A stretch of 64,000 bases of DNA from Candidatus Omnitrophota bacterium (GCA_030632085.1 DAOVJY010000002.1:248319-312318); one strand, 5' to 3'; counted from the stretch's first letter, positions 16,189 through 24,480 are shown. Program-made: numbers and translations. Notes: generated from the sequence alone by a model not told the origin.

Positions 16189-17316
16189 TTGAAATTTAAG
16201 GGTGCGGTAGTTGTTTTTATATTAACCCTTGCCGTAATTGGTGGGGGTTTTTGTTTTGCTGAGGATTTTTATTCGGCGCAGGTGCGCGATATATCCGATC
16301 GGGAATATGAGCAGGCTGTTATTGAGTTGATTGATAACGCCCAAGAGTCGATAGTTGTTGGGATGTACTATATCAGTACGCGGTTAAAGGCGAATAATCC
16401 GGTTAAGATGTTGTTGAATGATTTGGTTGAGGCCGAAGAGCGGGGCGTAGAGGTCAAAATATATTTAAATACAAAGTTTCCTGATGTGAGTTATGAAGAG
16501 CTTGTTGGTAGAGATGAATTTAAAAGGCTGCAGGATGCGGGGTGTGAGCTGTATTTTATTCCGCCGGGGCGTAAGCTGCACGATAAAGTTGTTGTTGTGG
16601 ATAGGCGTTATGTGGTTGAGGGGAGTATGAACTGGAGTATTGTAGCGCTCAAGAATAATTTTGAGTCGGTAACGCTGATTAATTCACCGGGGCTTGGTAA
16701 GGAGAAAATAGCAAGGTTAGAGAAGATTTATGAGATACAGAAGAAAAAGGAAGAGGATAAAGAAAGAGAACCTCTTTATATTGATAGTATCATTGAAAAA
16801 ATAGAGGTGAAAAAGGCTTTACTGGAGGATGAGAAGTATTTTCCGATGATGCTTAAGAGAAGTGACCGCAGGGCAATGGACCTGTATCTGATACTGCTTG
16901 CATATAGTAAGAAGTTGGATAAGATTGAGTTTTTCCTCAGATTAGAGGATGTTGGATTGGGACTGGGGTTGCCGGCGTCATGGGATGACGAAGCATTGAG
17001 GCGTCAGGTAATAAGGGCGTTGCGGACGCTGGAGAAAAAGTATAATCTTATAGAAGTTGAGTTTTATCATTCAAGTGACGCATATATAACCATTTTACCT
17101 ATTTTAGGAGAGAGTTTTGCGATAGAGACAAAGAGTATTGGCTCACGTGATAGAAAAATCCCTCAACGGGTTAAGTTTTTGCTCCTGATAAAGGCGCTTT
17201 TGGAGAAAGAGGGCAAGGACTTGGATTCGGTGCCGCAGAAAGAGATTATGCGGCGTTTTCATATCGCGGAGCGGACGCTGGAGAAAGCGATGAATTCACC
17301 AGAGGTGAATGGCTGA
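16189..17316 (+). CDS. Secreted/membrane-anchored phospholipase D-family protein with a single HKD motif (Nuc-like) plus an unknown C-terminal domain
   Basis: N-terminal signal/TM. LHDKVVVVDRRYVVEGSMNWS matches HxK(x4)D(x6)GSxN. Confidence 0.7.
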   Translation: MKFKGAVVVFILTLAVIGGGFCFAEDFYSAQVRDISDREYEQAVIELIDNAQESIVVGMYYISTRLKANNPVKMLLNDLVEAEERGVEVKIYLNTKFPDVSYEELVGRDEFKRLQDAGCELYFIPPGRKLHDKVVVVDRRYVVEGSMNWSIVALKNNFESVTLINSPGLGKEKIARLEKIYEIQKKKEEDKEREPLYIDSIIEKIEVKKALLEDEKYFPMMLKRSDRRAMDLYLILLAYSKKLDKIEFFLRLEDVGLGLGLPASWDDEALRRQVIRALRTLEKKYNLIEVEFYHSSDAYITILPILGESFAIETKSIGSRDRKIPQRVKFLLLIKALLEKEGKDLDSVPQKEIMRRFHIAERTLEKAMNSPEVNG

Positions 17317-17535
17317 TGGCTGATGGCTAATAGCTTATGGCTAATAGCTAAGAGCAAAGGGCAAAAATAAAAAACTAAAAGCAGAAACAAAAAAAGAAAC
17401 AAAAAGCAAGTAGCTTTTAGCTGATGGCTCATAGTAAAAGCACAAAGCAAAAACAAAAAACAAACAAGTAACGATAACCAAAAAACAAAATATAAGAAGC
17501 AAGTTGCAAGATACAAGAGGCAAGCTGTAAGTGCG
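17317..17535 (+). repeat. A-rich, T-poor low-complexity tract with GGCTAATAGCTAAGAGC-type short repeats
   Basis: Runs of AAAAACAAA and reiterated GGCTAAT/TAGC k-mers. Similar tracts at 20662-20800 and 24295-24480. Confidence 0.6.
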
Positions 17536-17545
17536 ATTAATTCAG

Positions 17546-17575
17546 TTGCTTTTGGAGTTAATTTTTGATATAAAT
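17546..17575 (+). promoter_or_regulatory. Conserved sigma70 promoter cassette, copy 2
   Basis: TTGCTT, 17 bp, TATAAAT; same block as 10495. Confidence 0.6.
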
Positions 17576-17657
17576 AAAGATAATTCCGACCTACTACGAG
17601 CCAATGAGTTTTTGTGGTATAATTTTTTTGAAACAGAAAAAGGAATAAGGGCAGGAT

Positions 17658-17903
17658 ATGATTAATAATAAACACAAAGACCCTCTTCATGGTATTACCC
17701 TTGAAATGATCCTTGTGTATCTGGTTGAAAAAATCGGCTGGGAAAATTTGGCTCGAAGAATCAGGATAAACTGTTTCGCAAAAGACCCCAGCATCAAGTC
17801 TAGTCTGACGTTTCTTAGGCGAACCTCTTGGGCTAGAAAAAAAGTTGAAGATTTGTATATAACTGAGATAGGCTCTGTGTCGAAAAAGGGTACGATTCAA
17901 TAA
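17658..17903 (+). CDS. DUF2132 (VF530) family small protein
   Basis: KDPLHGITLEMILVYLVEKIGWENL...CF..DPSIKSSLTFLRRTSWARKKVEDLY matches the DUF2132 consensus. Confidence 0.65.
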   Translation: MINNKHKDPLHGITLEMILVYLVEKIGWENLARRIRINCFAKDPSIKSSLTFLRRTSWARKKVEDLYITEIGSVSKKGTIQ

Positions 17904-18042
17904 TCTCTTTGCTTAAGTGATTACGCATGAGCTGTGAATGTTCTTAGAAGCGATTGGCAAAGGTAAGAGTGACAAGCTTGCCTGTTTGGCTGTTTTAAGG
18001 AGTGGTTATCAATGAATGAAATAAAGAAAAAAGGAGAAACTC

Positions 18043-18138
18043 ATGGCTAAAAGTCTTAATACTAAAAAAAATATAAAGAAGAAGGCAGGAAAAACAATGA
18101 AAGAAAAGCGGCTTGAGAAAAGAGCGAAAAAAAGATAA
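18043..18138 (+). CDS. Small lysine-rich peptide (31 aa, MAKSLNTKKNIKKKAGKTMKEKRLEKRAKKR)
   Basis: AAAGGAG RBS 7 nt upstream. Not in the ORF track, which appears to omit ORFs under 60 aa. Confidence 0.35.
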   Translation: MAKSLNTKKNIKKKAGKTMKEKRLEKRAKKR

Positions 18139-18175
18139 GAAAAATAACACTATTTATAAAAAAGGGGGAGTGTAA

Positions 18176-18259
18176 TGGGAGACAAGGGGCAGAAGGATAA
18201 GAACAAGGCGAGCAAACAGAAGAAATCAAAAAATGATAAAAAGGCAAAAAAGAAGTAGG
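18176..18259 (+). CDS. Small lysine-rich peptide (27 aa, MGDKGQKDKNKASKQKKSKNDKKAKKK)
   Basis: GGGGGAG RBS. Followed by the terminator at 18299-18332. Confidence 0.35.
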
Positions 18260-18298
18260 ATAAGAGACAAAAAACAGGACTAGGGAAAATGTACTCTA

Positions 18299-18332
18299 CA
18301 GCCTCAAGATTTATCTTGAGGCTGTTTGTTTT
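18299..18332 (+). terminator. Rho-independent terminator (CAGCCTCAAGA..TCTTGAGGCTG plus T-run)
   Basis: Perfect 11-bp stem and a U-tract. Confidence 0.7.
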
Positions 18333-18432
18333 AGATAGTTAATTAAAAAGCTTTTTTGACGGTTTTTATATCAATTTCTAAGACTTTGCCTATTTTGGCA
18401 TAAGACATGCCTAATAAGTGCAATTAATTTAG

Positions 18433-18462
18433 TTGCTTTTTGGCCTGATTTTTGGTATAAAT
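18433..18462 (+). promoter_or_regulatory. Conserved sigma70 promoter cassette, copy 3 (upstream of hflK)
   Basis: TTGCTT, 17 bp, TGgTATAAAT. Confidence 0.6.
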
Positions 18463-18622
18463 AAAACAGAGGCCACCTTGAATTCGTAAAACATGTACTC
18501 ATTAAAAAAAAGTAAAACATCCCTTGTTTAGTCAAACTTAAGTTCTAAATATTTACGCGAGCTTTACTTTTGTAAATGATGCTTTCTAAGAACAAAAAAA
18601 TAGTACTTTGAGTATATATCCT

Positions 18623-18680
18623 CCCTTGTTTTCCAAAGAAAACACGCAGGGGGGATTAATTCCCCCGCCTTGGCGGGGTT
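18623..18680 (+). promoter_or_regulatory. Conserved leader RNA motif (CCCTTGTTTTC-N-GAAAACACGCAGGGGGGATT) followed by mutually exclusive GC hairpins abutting the hflK RBS
   Basis: The same motif recurs at 20857-20893. GGGGGGATTAATTCCCCC and CCCCGCCTTGGCGGGG overlap. Confidence 0.4.
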
Positions 18681-18691
18681 ATTAAGGAGAG

Positions 18692-19696
18692 ATGAATATG
18701 GAATGGAAAGATGTTCGCGGACCGGATGATATTATTGAGATGGGCAGGAAGAAAGTTGGCGATGTTGGAAAGTTTTTTCCGCTGGCGATTGTTGCCGTTG
18801 CCCTGTTGATTTTGATTGGGGGTTCAATTTATTCTATCGGCCCGGATGAGGTGGGCGTGATACAAAGATTTGGCCGATATAGTCATACTACTTCGCCCGG
18901 CTTGCATGTGAAACTTCCCTTTGGGATTGATAAACTAACTCCGGTTAAAATACAGAGAGTATTTAAAGAGGAATTTGGAATGAGAACTCTGCGCGCCGGG
19001 ATAAAGACGCAATACTCTTCCCGCTCATTTCTTGATGAATCTTTAATGCTTACCGGAGACCTCAATATTCTGGATGTACGCTGGATTGTACAGTTTAAGG
19101 TTAAAGACGCGATTAAACTTCTTTTTGAAACCAGAGACCCGGTGGATAATGTGCGGGATATTTCTGAGGTGGTCATGCGCCGGCTGGTGGGTGATTATCG
19201 TGTAGATGAGGTGCTTACCATAAGAAGAGAAGAGATAAACGACCTCGCGCAGATTGAGATGCAGAAGATACTTGATAGTTATAAGACGGGGATTCAGATT
19301 GTTACCGTCAAACTTCAGGATGTAAATCCTCCCGATGAAGTAAAACCGGCTTTTAATGAGGTGAACGAAGCTAAGCAGGAAAAAGAGCGGATGATTAACC
19401 AGGCCTGGGAGGCTTATAATAAGGTTATCCCTCGCGCTCGAGGTGAGGCGGAAAAAACCATTCGCGAGGCCGAAGGATATCGATTGGATAAGGTAAACCG
19501 GGCCAAGGGCGAGGCCGAGAGATTCTTAGATACATGGGCAGAATATAAAAAGGCACCTGAAATAACTCAGAAGAGGTTATATCTGGAAACAATGGTGGAA
19601 GTTCTGCCAAGGGCAAAAGAGAAATATATTGTCGATTCCGAGCAGACTTCGATTCTGCCATTATTGAATCTTGGTCAGATAGGGGGGAACCAATAA
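18692..19696 (+). CDS. hflK: HflK, FtsH protease modulator (SPFH/band-7)
   Basis: N-terminal TM plus an SPFH domain; GPDEVGVIQRFGRY matches HflK. Confidence 0.85.
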   Translation: MNMEWKDVRGPDDIIEMGRKKVGDVGKFFPLAIVAVALLILIGGSIYSIGPDEVGVIQRFGRYSHTTSPGLHVKLPFGIDKLTPVKIQRVFKEEFGMRTLRAGIKTQYSSRSFLDESLMLTGDLNILDVRWIVQFKVKDAIKLLFETRDPVDNVRDISEVVMRRLVGDYRVDEVLTIRREEINDLAQIEMQKILDSYKTGIQIVTVKLQDVNPPDEVKPAFNEVNEAKQEKERMINQAWEAYNKVIPRARGEAEKTIREAEGYRLDKVNRAKGEAERFLDTWAEYKKAPEITQKRLYLETMVEVLPRAKEKYIVDSEQTSILPLLNLGQIGGNQ

Positions 19697-20661
19697 TGAA
19701 GCTAATTTTAAGAATATCAGGGATTTTAGTAATTTTGGTAATACTTCTATTTTTAAGTGGTGCGGTGTATGTAGTTCGTGAGACCCAACAGGTGATAATT
19801 ACCCAGTTTGGCAAGCCTGTAGGGAAGCCGATTACCACTGCCGGGTTGCATTTCAAAAAGCCGCTTATACAGCAAATCCAGTATTTTGAGAAAAGGCTTC
19901 TGGACTGGGATGGTGACCCCAATCAAATTCCTACAAGAGATAAAAGGTATATATGGATTGACATTACCGCCCGCTGGCGAATTAGTGATGCTTTAAAGTT
20001 TTTGCAATCGGTGGGGACAGAAACTAGCGCGCACGCCAGGCTTGATGATATTATCAATTCCGCCACGCGTGATGCCGTTACTAATCAGCTCTTGGTTGAG
20101 GCGATAAGGAATACTAATCGCATTCTTGAGACTAAAGAGAAAGAAGATGAGGCCGTTGTAGTTACTAAAGAGGCGTTGGAGAAAATCAAAGTAGGACGCC
20201 AGGCTCTGGAGGGGAAAATTCTGGAAAGGGCTAAAATCCTTGCTCCTCAATACGGCATCGAATTGGTGGATGTGCGCATCAAGCGCATCAATTATGTGGA
20301 AGCGGTGAGAAAAAAGGTCTATGAGCGGATGATTGCCGAGAGAAAGCGGGCTGCCGAGCAATATCGTTCTGAGGGCCAAGGGAAACAGGCTGAGATTGAA
20401 GGCCAGATGGGTAAAGAATTAAAACAGATTACATCCCAGGCCTACCGCAAAGCTCAAGGTATCAGAGGAAAGGCGGATGCCGAGACAACCAAGATTTATG
20501 CTGACGCGTATAATAAGGATCCTTATTTTTATTCTTTCTTAAAAACATTAGAGACATACCGAAAGACGATTGATGAAAAGTCTACTATAATCTTAACAAC
20601 TGATAGTGATTACTATCGATATTTGAAAGGCCTTAAGTTTGAGTCAGGAGATAATAACTAA
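19696..20661 (+). CDS. hflC: HflC, FtsH protease modulator
   Basis: TM plus SPFH; VVRETQQVIITQFGKP. Immediately downstream of hflK. Confidence 0.85.
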   Translation: MKLILRISGILVILVILLFLSGAVYVVRETQQVIITQFGKPVGKPITTAGLHFKKPLIQQIQYFEKRLLDWDGDPNQIPTRDKRYIWIDITARWRISDALKFLQSVGTETSAHARLDDIINSATRDAVTNQLLVEAIRNTNRILETKEKEDEAVVVTKEALEKIKVGRQALEGKILERAKILAPQYGIELVDVRIKRINYVEAVRKKVYERMIAERKRAAEQYRSEGQGKQAEIEGQMGKELKQITSQAYRKAQGIRGKADAETTKIYADAYNKDPYFYSFLKTLETYRKTIDEKSTIILTTDSDYYRYLKGLKFESGDNN

Positions 20662-20800
20662 GAGACAAGTATAAAGTCATACCCTGGTGGGCACAGGTAA
20701 GTCACAAGACACAAGAAATAAGTCATAAGTCACAAAAAAACAAAAGGCTAAGAGTAAAGGGCTAAGGGCAAAAAAGCATAGAGCTTACAGCTATCAGTTG
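20662..20800 (+). repeat. A-rich low-complexity tract with GTCATAAGTCACAAG / GGCTAAGAG short repeats
   Basis: Read directly; the same k-mers occur as in 17317-17535. Confidence 0.55.
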
Positions 20801-20812
20801 TTAGCAATTTAT

Positions 20813-20842
20813 TTGCTTTTTGGGCTGATTTCTGGTATAAAT
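20813..20842 (+). promoter_or_regulatory. Conserved sigma70 promoter cassette, copy 4
   Basis: TTGCTT, 17 bp, TGgTATAAAT. Confidence 0.6.
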
Positions 20843-20856
20843 GAAGGTGATAAGAT

Positions 20857-20893
20857 TCCCGCTTGTTTTTTCGTGAAAACACGCAAGGGGATT
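20857..20893 (+). promoter_or_regulatory. Second copy of the conserved leader motif (CCCGCTTGTTTTTTCGTGAAAACACGCAAGGGGATT)
   Basis: Compare 18623-18660. Confidence 0.4.
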
Positions 20894-20994
20894 GAGGAAG
20901 TTAATAGACTCCTCGCTTAAGCAAAGGTAAATTCTCTTCGACAATTTGCCTTTAAGCTTCGGAATTAATTCTCCACCTAAGGCGGATCATTAAG

Positions 20995-21903
20995 ATGAGA
21001 AAAATCGTTTTAGCAGTAACAATATTATTTATTTTTAGTTTTATCGCACCTTTTATATTTTGCGATATAGTGTATTTTGATGGGAAAAAAATTGAGGGTG
21101 AAATAGTAGAAGAAACAGAGTCAACTATTGTTATAAAAACAACTATTGGCAAAGTTACTCTTGATAAAGAAAAAGTTAAAGAGATTAAAAGAACAAGACC
21201 TGAGGAAAATTTTTTCAAAAAAGGAAATTACTACTTTGAACAAAATAAATATGACGCGGCGATAGATTATTACAATAGAGCTCTTGAAGTCAATCCAGAT
21301 TATACTAAAGCCAAAGAAGCGCTGAATAGGGCGAGGAGAATTATAGAAAAAGAAGAATTGGGTAAATTGCTTGAAGTCAGGCGCATAAAAGAGAAAAGAG
21401 AGAAAGCAAAGGAGAAATTAGAAAAGAAGAGAGGCTTGGTCATTGACGAAATAGACGGTGAATTTAAAGTTGTTCATGTAATGAAAAATTCCGCCTCTTA
21501 TAAGGCTCAACTCAAAGACTGTGACCACATTATAATCATTGGCGATTTTCATACTAAGGATATGAGTTTTGAGAAAGCGCATGAGTTGCTTGTGGAGAAG
21601 AGCCCATTATTTTTAACTATAGAGCGCGAAGTTAACTTAGTAAGAAAAAGATTTACGTATAAAAAAAGAAGTATTGTTGGTGTCGGCATTTTTGTAGTTA
21701 AAGATAAACAGGATTTGGTCATTAGGGGTGTTTTAAAAAATTCTCCAGCTGATGAAACCGGTTTAAAAGCTGAAGATATAATTTTAAATATAGATAGTAG
21801 AGATTGCAAGAGCTTGAGTTTAGATGAATGTGAAGCTCTTATTTCTGATGGTGAATTAACTACAGTGAATATTCTTATAAAGAGAGTTGTTACGGTAAAG
21901 TAA
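20995..21903 (+). CDS. Exported TPR-repeat protein with a C-terminal PDZ domain
   Basis: Signal/TM; YYNRALEVNPDYTKAKEAL is a TPR; GVGIFVVKD...GVLKNSPADETGLKAEDIIL is a PDZ. Confidence 0.6.
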   Translation: MRKIVLAVTILFIFSFIAPFIFCDIVYFDGKKIEGEIVEETESTIVIKTTIGKVTLDKEKVKEIKRTRPEENFFKKGNYYFEQNKYDAAIDYYNRALEVNPDYTKAKEALNRARRIIEKEELGKLLEVRRIKEKREKAKEKLEKKRGLVIDEIDGEFKVVHVMKNSASYKAQLKDCDHIIIIGDFHTKDMSFEKAHELLVEKSPLFLTIEREVNLVRKRFTYKKRSIVGVGIFVVKDKQDLVIRGVLKNSPADETGLKAEDIILNIDSRDCKSLSLDECEALISDGELTTVNILIKRVVTVK

Positions 21904-22494
21904 ATGAATAAAATTATATTAATTTTTATCATTTTTGTTTTCTTATTTTGTATGAGTCAGAACCTTTTGGCTGATTATTTATCTGTTGATACCTTTGATG
22001 ATCAAGTAAGACCAAATAATTTAGGTGGTGATTATGGTCCCTGGGTATTAAGTTGGGATGATTCACCTCAGAGCTGTACCATAGAACATGATGTAACTGA
22101 AAAGATTGACAATCGGGGCGCGTCGTTAAAAGTAAAGTATGATGTTGATTCAAAACGGAAAGCTGCCTGCGGATTCTTTGCTTTTTTGGAAGACGCGGAT
22201 TTACGGAAATTCGATAAGCTCATTTTTTATATTAAAGGTGATATTAAAGAAGGTTATACTCAGAACATTATGGTTGAAATTTCAACTTCAAATAATGTAA
22301 GTAGAGTACGTGTCGCGGGTATAACTGATAAATGGCAGAAAATAGCTATTCCCTTTTCTGACTTTAGAGAAATATCTGATTGGTCAAGGGTAAACAAGTT
22401 CGCCGTGGTTATAGAAGATAGCTTTGTTAGTAAAAAGACAGGTGTTCTTTATTTTGATGATATTTACTTTTCTGATGAAGAAAGAGTTATGTAG
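21904..22494 (+). CDS. Hypothetical secreted protein
   Basis: Signal peptide; no recognised domain. Confidence 0.5.
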   Translation: MNKIILIFIIFVFLFCMSQNLLADYLSVDTFDDQVRPNNLGGDYGPWVLSWDDSPQSCTIEHDVTEKIDNRGASLKVKYDVDSKRKAACGFFAFLEDADLRKFDKLIFYIKGDIKEGYTQNIMVEISTSNNVSRVRVAGITDKWQKIAIPFSDFREISDWSRVNKFAVVIEDSFVSKKTGVLYFDDIYFSDEERVM

Positions 22495-22578
22495 AACTTG
22501 CATGTTATCTTTTTCTACTTTTTTCTTGTCTCTATTTACGCAATTCTTCAATATTTCCCCATAGGTAAAAAATATTAA

Positions 22579-23619
22579 ATGATGAAAAAGATATCCAAAG
22601 AATACGAAATTGGTGATAGAGCCATAGACAGCTTAATAAATAAGCTTGCCAAGATGTCCGGTTCCGTTGAAACTGAACGCCTGTTGCGTGAAATACTTAC
22701 GACCACCGTCAAATTAGGGCGGGAGTCAGGCGATAAGGGAGACCTCAAGCTCGCAAATAATACGCTGAAAGAGTTAAGATATTCTTTTAAGATATTTTCT
22801 CCTTATAGAGCTGTCAAAAAGGTTATAATCTTTGGGTCGGCGAGATCGAAAAAAACATCAGCTGAATATAAGTTAGCTGAAGAATTCGCGCGGAAGCTAA
22901 CAGCAAAAGGTTACATGATTGTAACCGGAGGCGGTCCCGGGGTGATGGAGGCCGGTAATAAAGGCGCCAAAATCGGCACAGAGTTCGCGTTGAATATTCG
23001 GCTTCCTTTTGAACAAAAACCCAACCCATATATAGATGAAAAAGATAAAATAATTAACTTTAAATATTTTTTTACCAGAAAGTTAATTTTTATTAAAGAG
23101 ACTGATGCGACTGCTCTTTTTCCCGGAGGATTTGGCACAAATGACGAAGGATTTGAAATGCTCACCTTAATCCAAACCGGCAAATCTAAACCCAGGCCTA
23201 TAGTTTTGATGGAGCCGAAAGGTTCGACATACTGGAAGGCGTGGAAACATTTTATAAATAACCAGTTGGTTAAAAATGGATTTATTCAAAAGGAAGATTT
23301 TAATCTTTTTCGTATAGTAAAAACTGTTGATGAGGCAATTAAATATATAGAAGATTTTTATAAAGTATATCATTCGATAAGATATGTCGCGGGTTTGACC
23401 GTATTAAGACTAAATAGAAAAATTTCCGGAAAGACACTAAAGTTTATAAATCAAAAATTTAAAAACATTTTAACAAGTGGTGAAATTGAGGCTTCCGCTC
23501 CAACGAATGAAGAAATTCAAAATGGAGAATATCTCAATCTGCCTCGGTTAACAATGAACTTCAATCTGCGTGATTATGGCAGGTTGTATAAGATGATCCA
23601 GGTTATCAATAGAGATTAG
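22579..23619 (+). CDS. LOG-family (TIGR00730) nucleotide 5'-monophosphate nucleosidase-like protein with N- and C-terminal extensions (PpnN-like architecture)
   Basis: VIIFGSARS...GYMIVTGGGPGVMEAGNKGA...GGFGTNDEGFE are LOG Rossmann-fold motifs. Confidence 0.7.
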   Translation: MMKKISKEYEIGDRAIDSLINKLAKMSGSVETERLLREILTTTVKLGRESGDKGDLKLANNTLKELRYSFKIFSPYRAVKKVIIFGSARSKKTSAEYKLAEEFARKLTAKGYMIVTGGGPGVMEAGNKGAKIGTEFALNIRLPFEQKPNPYIDEKDKIINFKYFFTRKLIFIKETDATALFPGGFGTNDEGFEMLTLIQTGKSKPRPIVLMEPKGSTYWKAWKHFINNQLVKNGFIQKEDFNLFRIVKTVDEAIKYIEDFYKVYHSIRYVAGLTVLRLNRKISGKTLKFINQKFKNILTSGEIEASAPTNEEIQNGEYLNLPRLTMNFNLRDYGRLYKMIQVINRD

Positions 23620-23661
23620 ATCATAAAGGGTAAACTGTCTTCATTAAAAGGTAATAAATAT

Positions 23662-24294
23662 ATGGGTTTACTTCAGCTTTTATTTACAGATCCGATAGTG
23701 TTTTTTATGTTAGTGCCGCTGCTTCTTTATTCAGTCATCATTCATGAAATCGCGCATGGCTGGGTTGCTTCGTTGTTTGGTGATAATACGGCGAAGCACT
23801 ACGGCAGGTTGTCTTTTAATCCAATTCCTCATATTGATCCAATAGGCGCGCTGGCTCTTCTTTTTGTGGGGTTTGGGTGGGCAAAGCCGGTTCCTGTTGA
23901 TTATAGAAATCTGAGTAGTTCGCGCTGGGCTGTTACTGCTGTTTCTTTGGCGGGGGTTGGGGCGAATATACTTATTGCTACGCTGGCAATATTTTTGCTT
24001 CAGTTTCGAGCTATTTACGCGAACCCTTTTCTTTATCTCGCGCTTTCAATTACCGCGGAAATAAATATTATATTGGGATCATTTAACTTGATACCCATTC
24101 CCCCTTTGGATGGCTCGCGGGTGTTGATGGAGTTTTTGCCTTATGATGCCAAATATCAGCTCGCGAGGCTTGAACCGTATGGTTTTTTTATAATTGTCGG
24201 TTTGCTTATTTTGGGAATTTTAGACCCGGTGATTGCCTTTATTAGAAGCATTATCCTTGGGTCAATTGGAATATTGTTGAGTTTTATGGGATAA
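23662..24294 (+). CDS. Site-2 protease family (peptidase M50) membrane metalloprotease
   Basis: HEIAHGW HExxH within a TM helix; multi-pass membrane protein. Confidence 0.75.
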   Translation: MGLLQLLFTDPIVFFMLVPLLLYSVIIHEIAHGWVASLFGDNTAKHYGRLSFNPIPHIDPIGALALLFVGFGWAKPVPVDYRNLSSSRWAVTAVSLAGVGANILIATLAIFLLQFRAIYANPFLYLALSITAEINIILGSFNLIPIPPLDGSRVLMEFLPYDAKYQLARLEPYGFFIIVGLLILGILDPVIAFIRSIILGSIGILLSFMG

Positions 24295-24480
24295 GAAACA
24301 AATAAGACACAAGACAAATAGCGTATAGCGTAGAGCAGATAGGAAAAACAAAAAAACAAAAAACACAAACAACAGACATTAGACTATAGACCTTCAATAG
24401 CGTAGAGCGCATAGCGTGTAAAACAAAAACAAGAACAAAATCATAAGTCACAAGCTGCAGGTAATTAAGCAAAAAAACTT
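24295..24480 (+). repeat. A-rich low-complexity tract with TAGCGTATAGCGTAGAGC-type short repeats
   Basis: Read directly. Confidence 0.55.

Noticed and set aside
17259-17900. 213-aa minus-strand ORF (and the nested 17341-17523 ORF)
   Set aside because: It lies entirely in the A-rich, T-depleted low-complexity tract. Its open frame is a compositional artefact: no stops can form. The product is nonsensical low-complexity sequence, and it overlaps the well-supported DUF2132 gene on the plus strand.
19425-20379. Minus-strand ORFs of 165 aa (19425-19922) and 128 aa (19993-20379)
   Set aside because: Both are antisense to the strongly supported hflK/hflC genes. They have no RBS and no recognisable domains.
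22823-23373. Minus-strand ORFs inside the LOG-family gene
   Set aside because: They are antisense to a CDS with clear family motifs and look like GC-skew artefacts.
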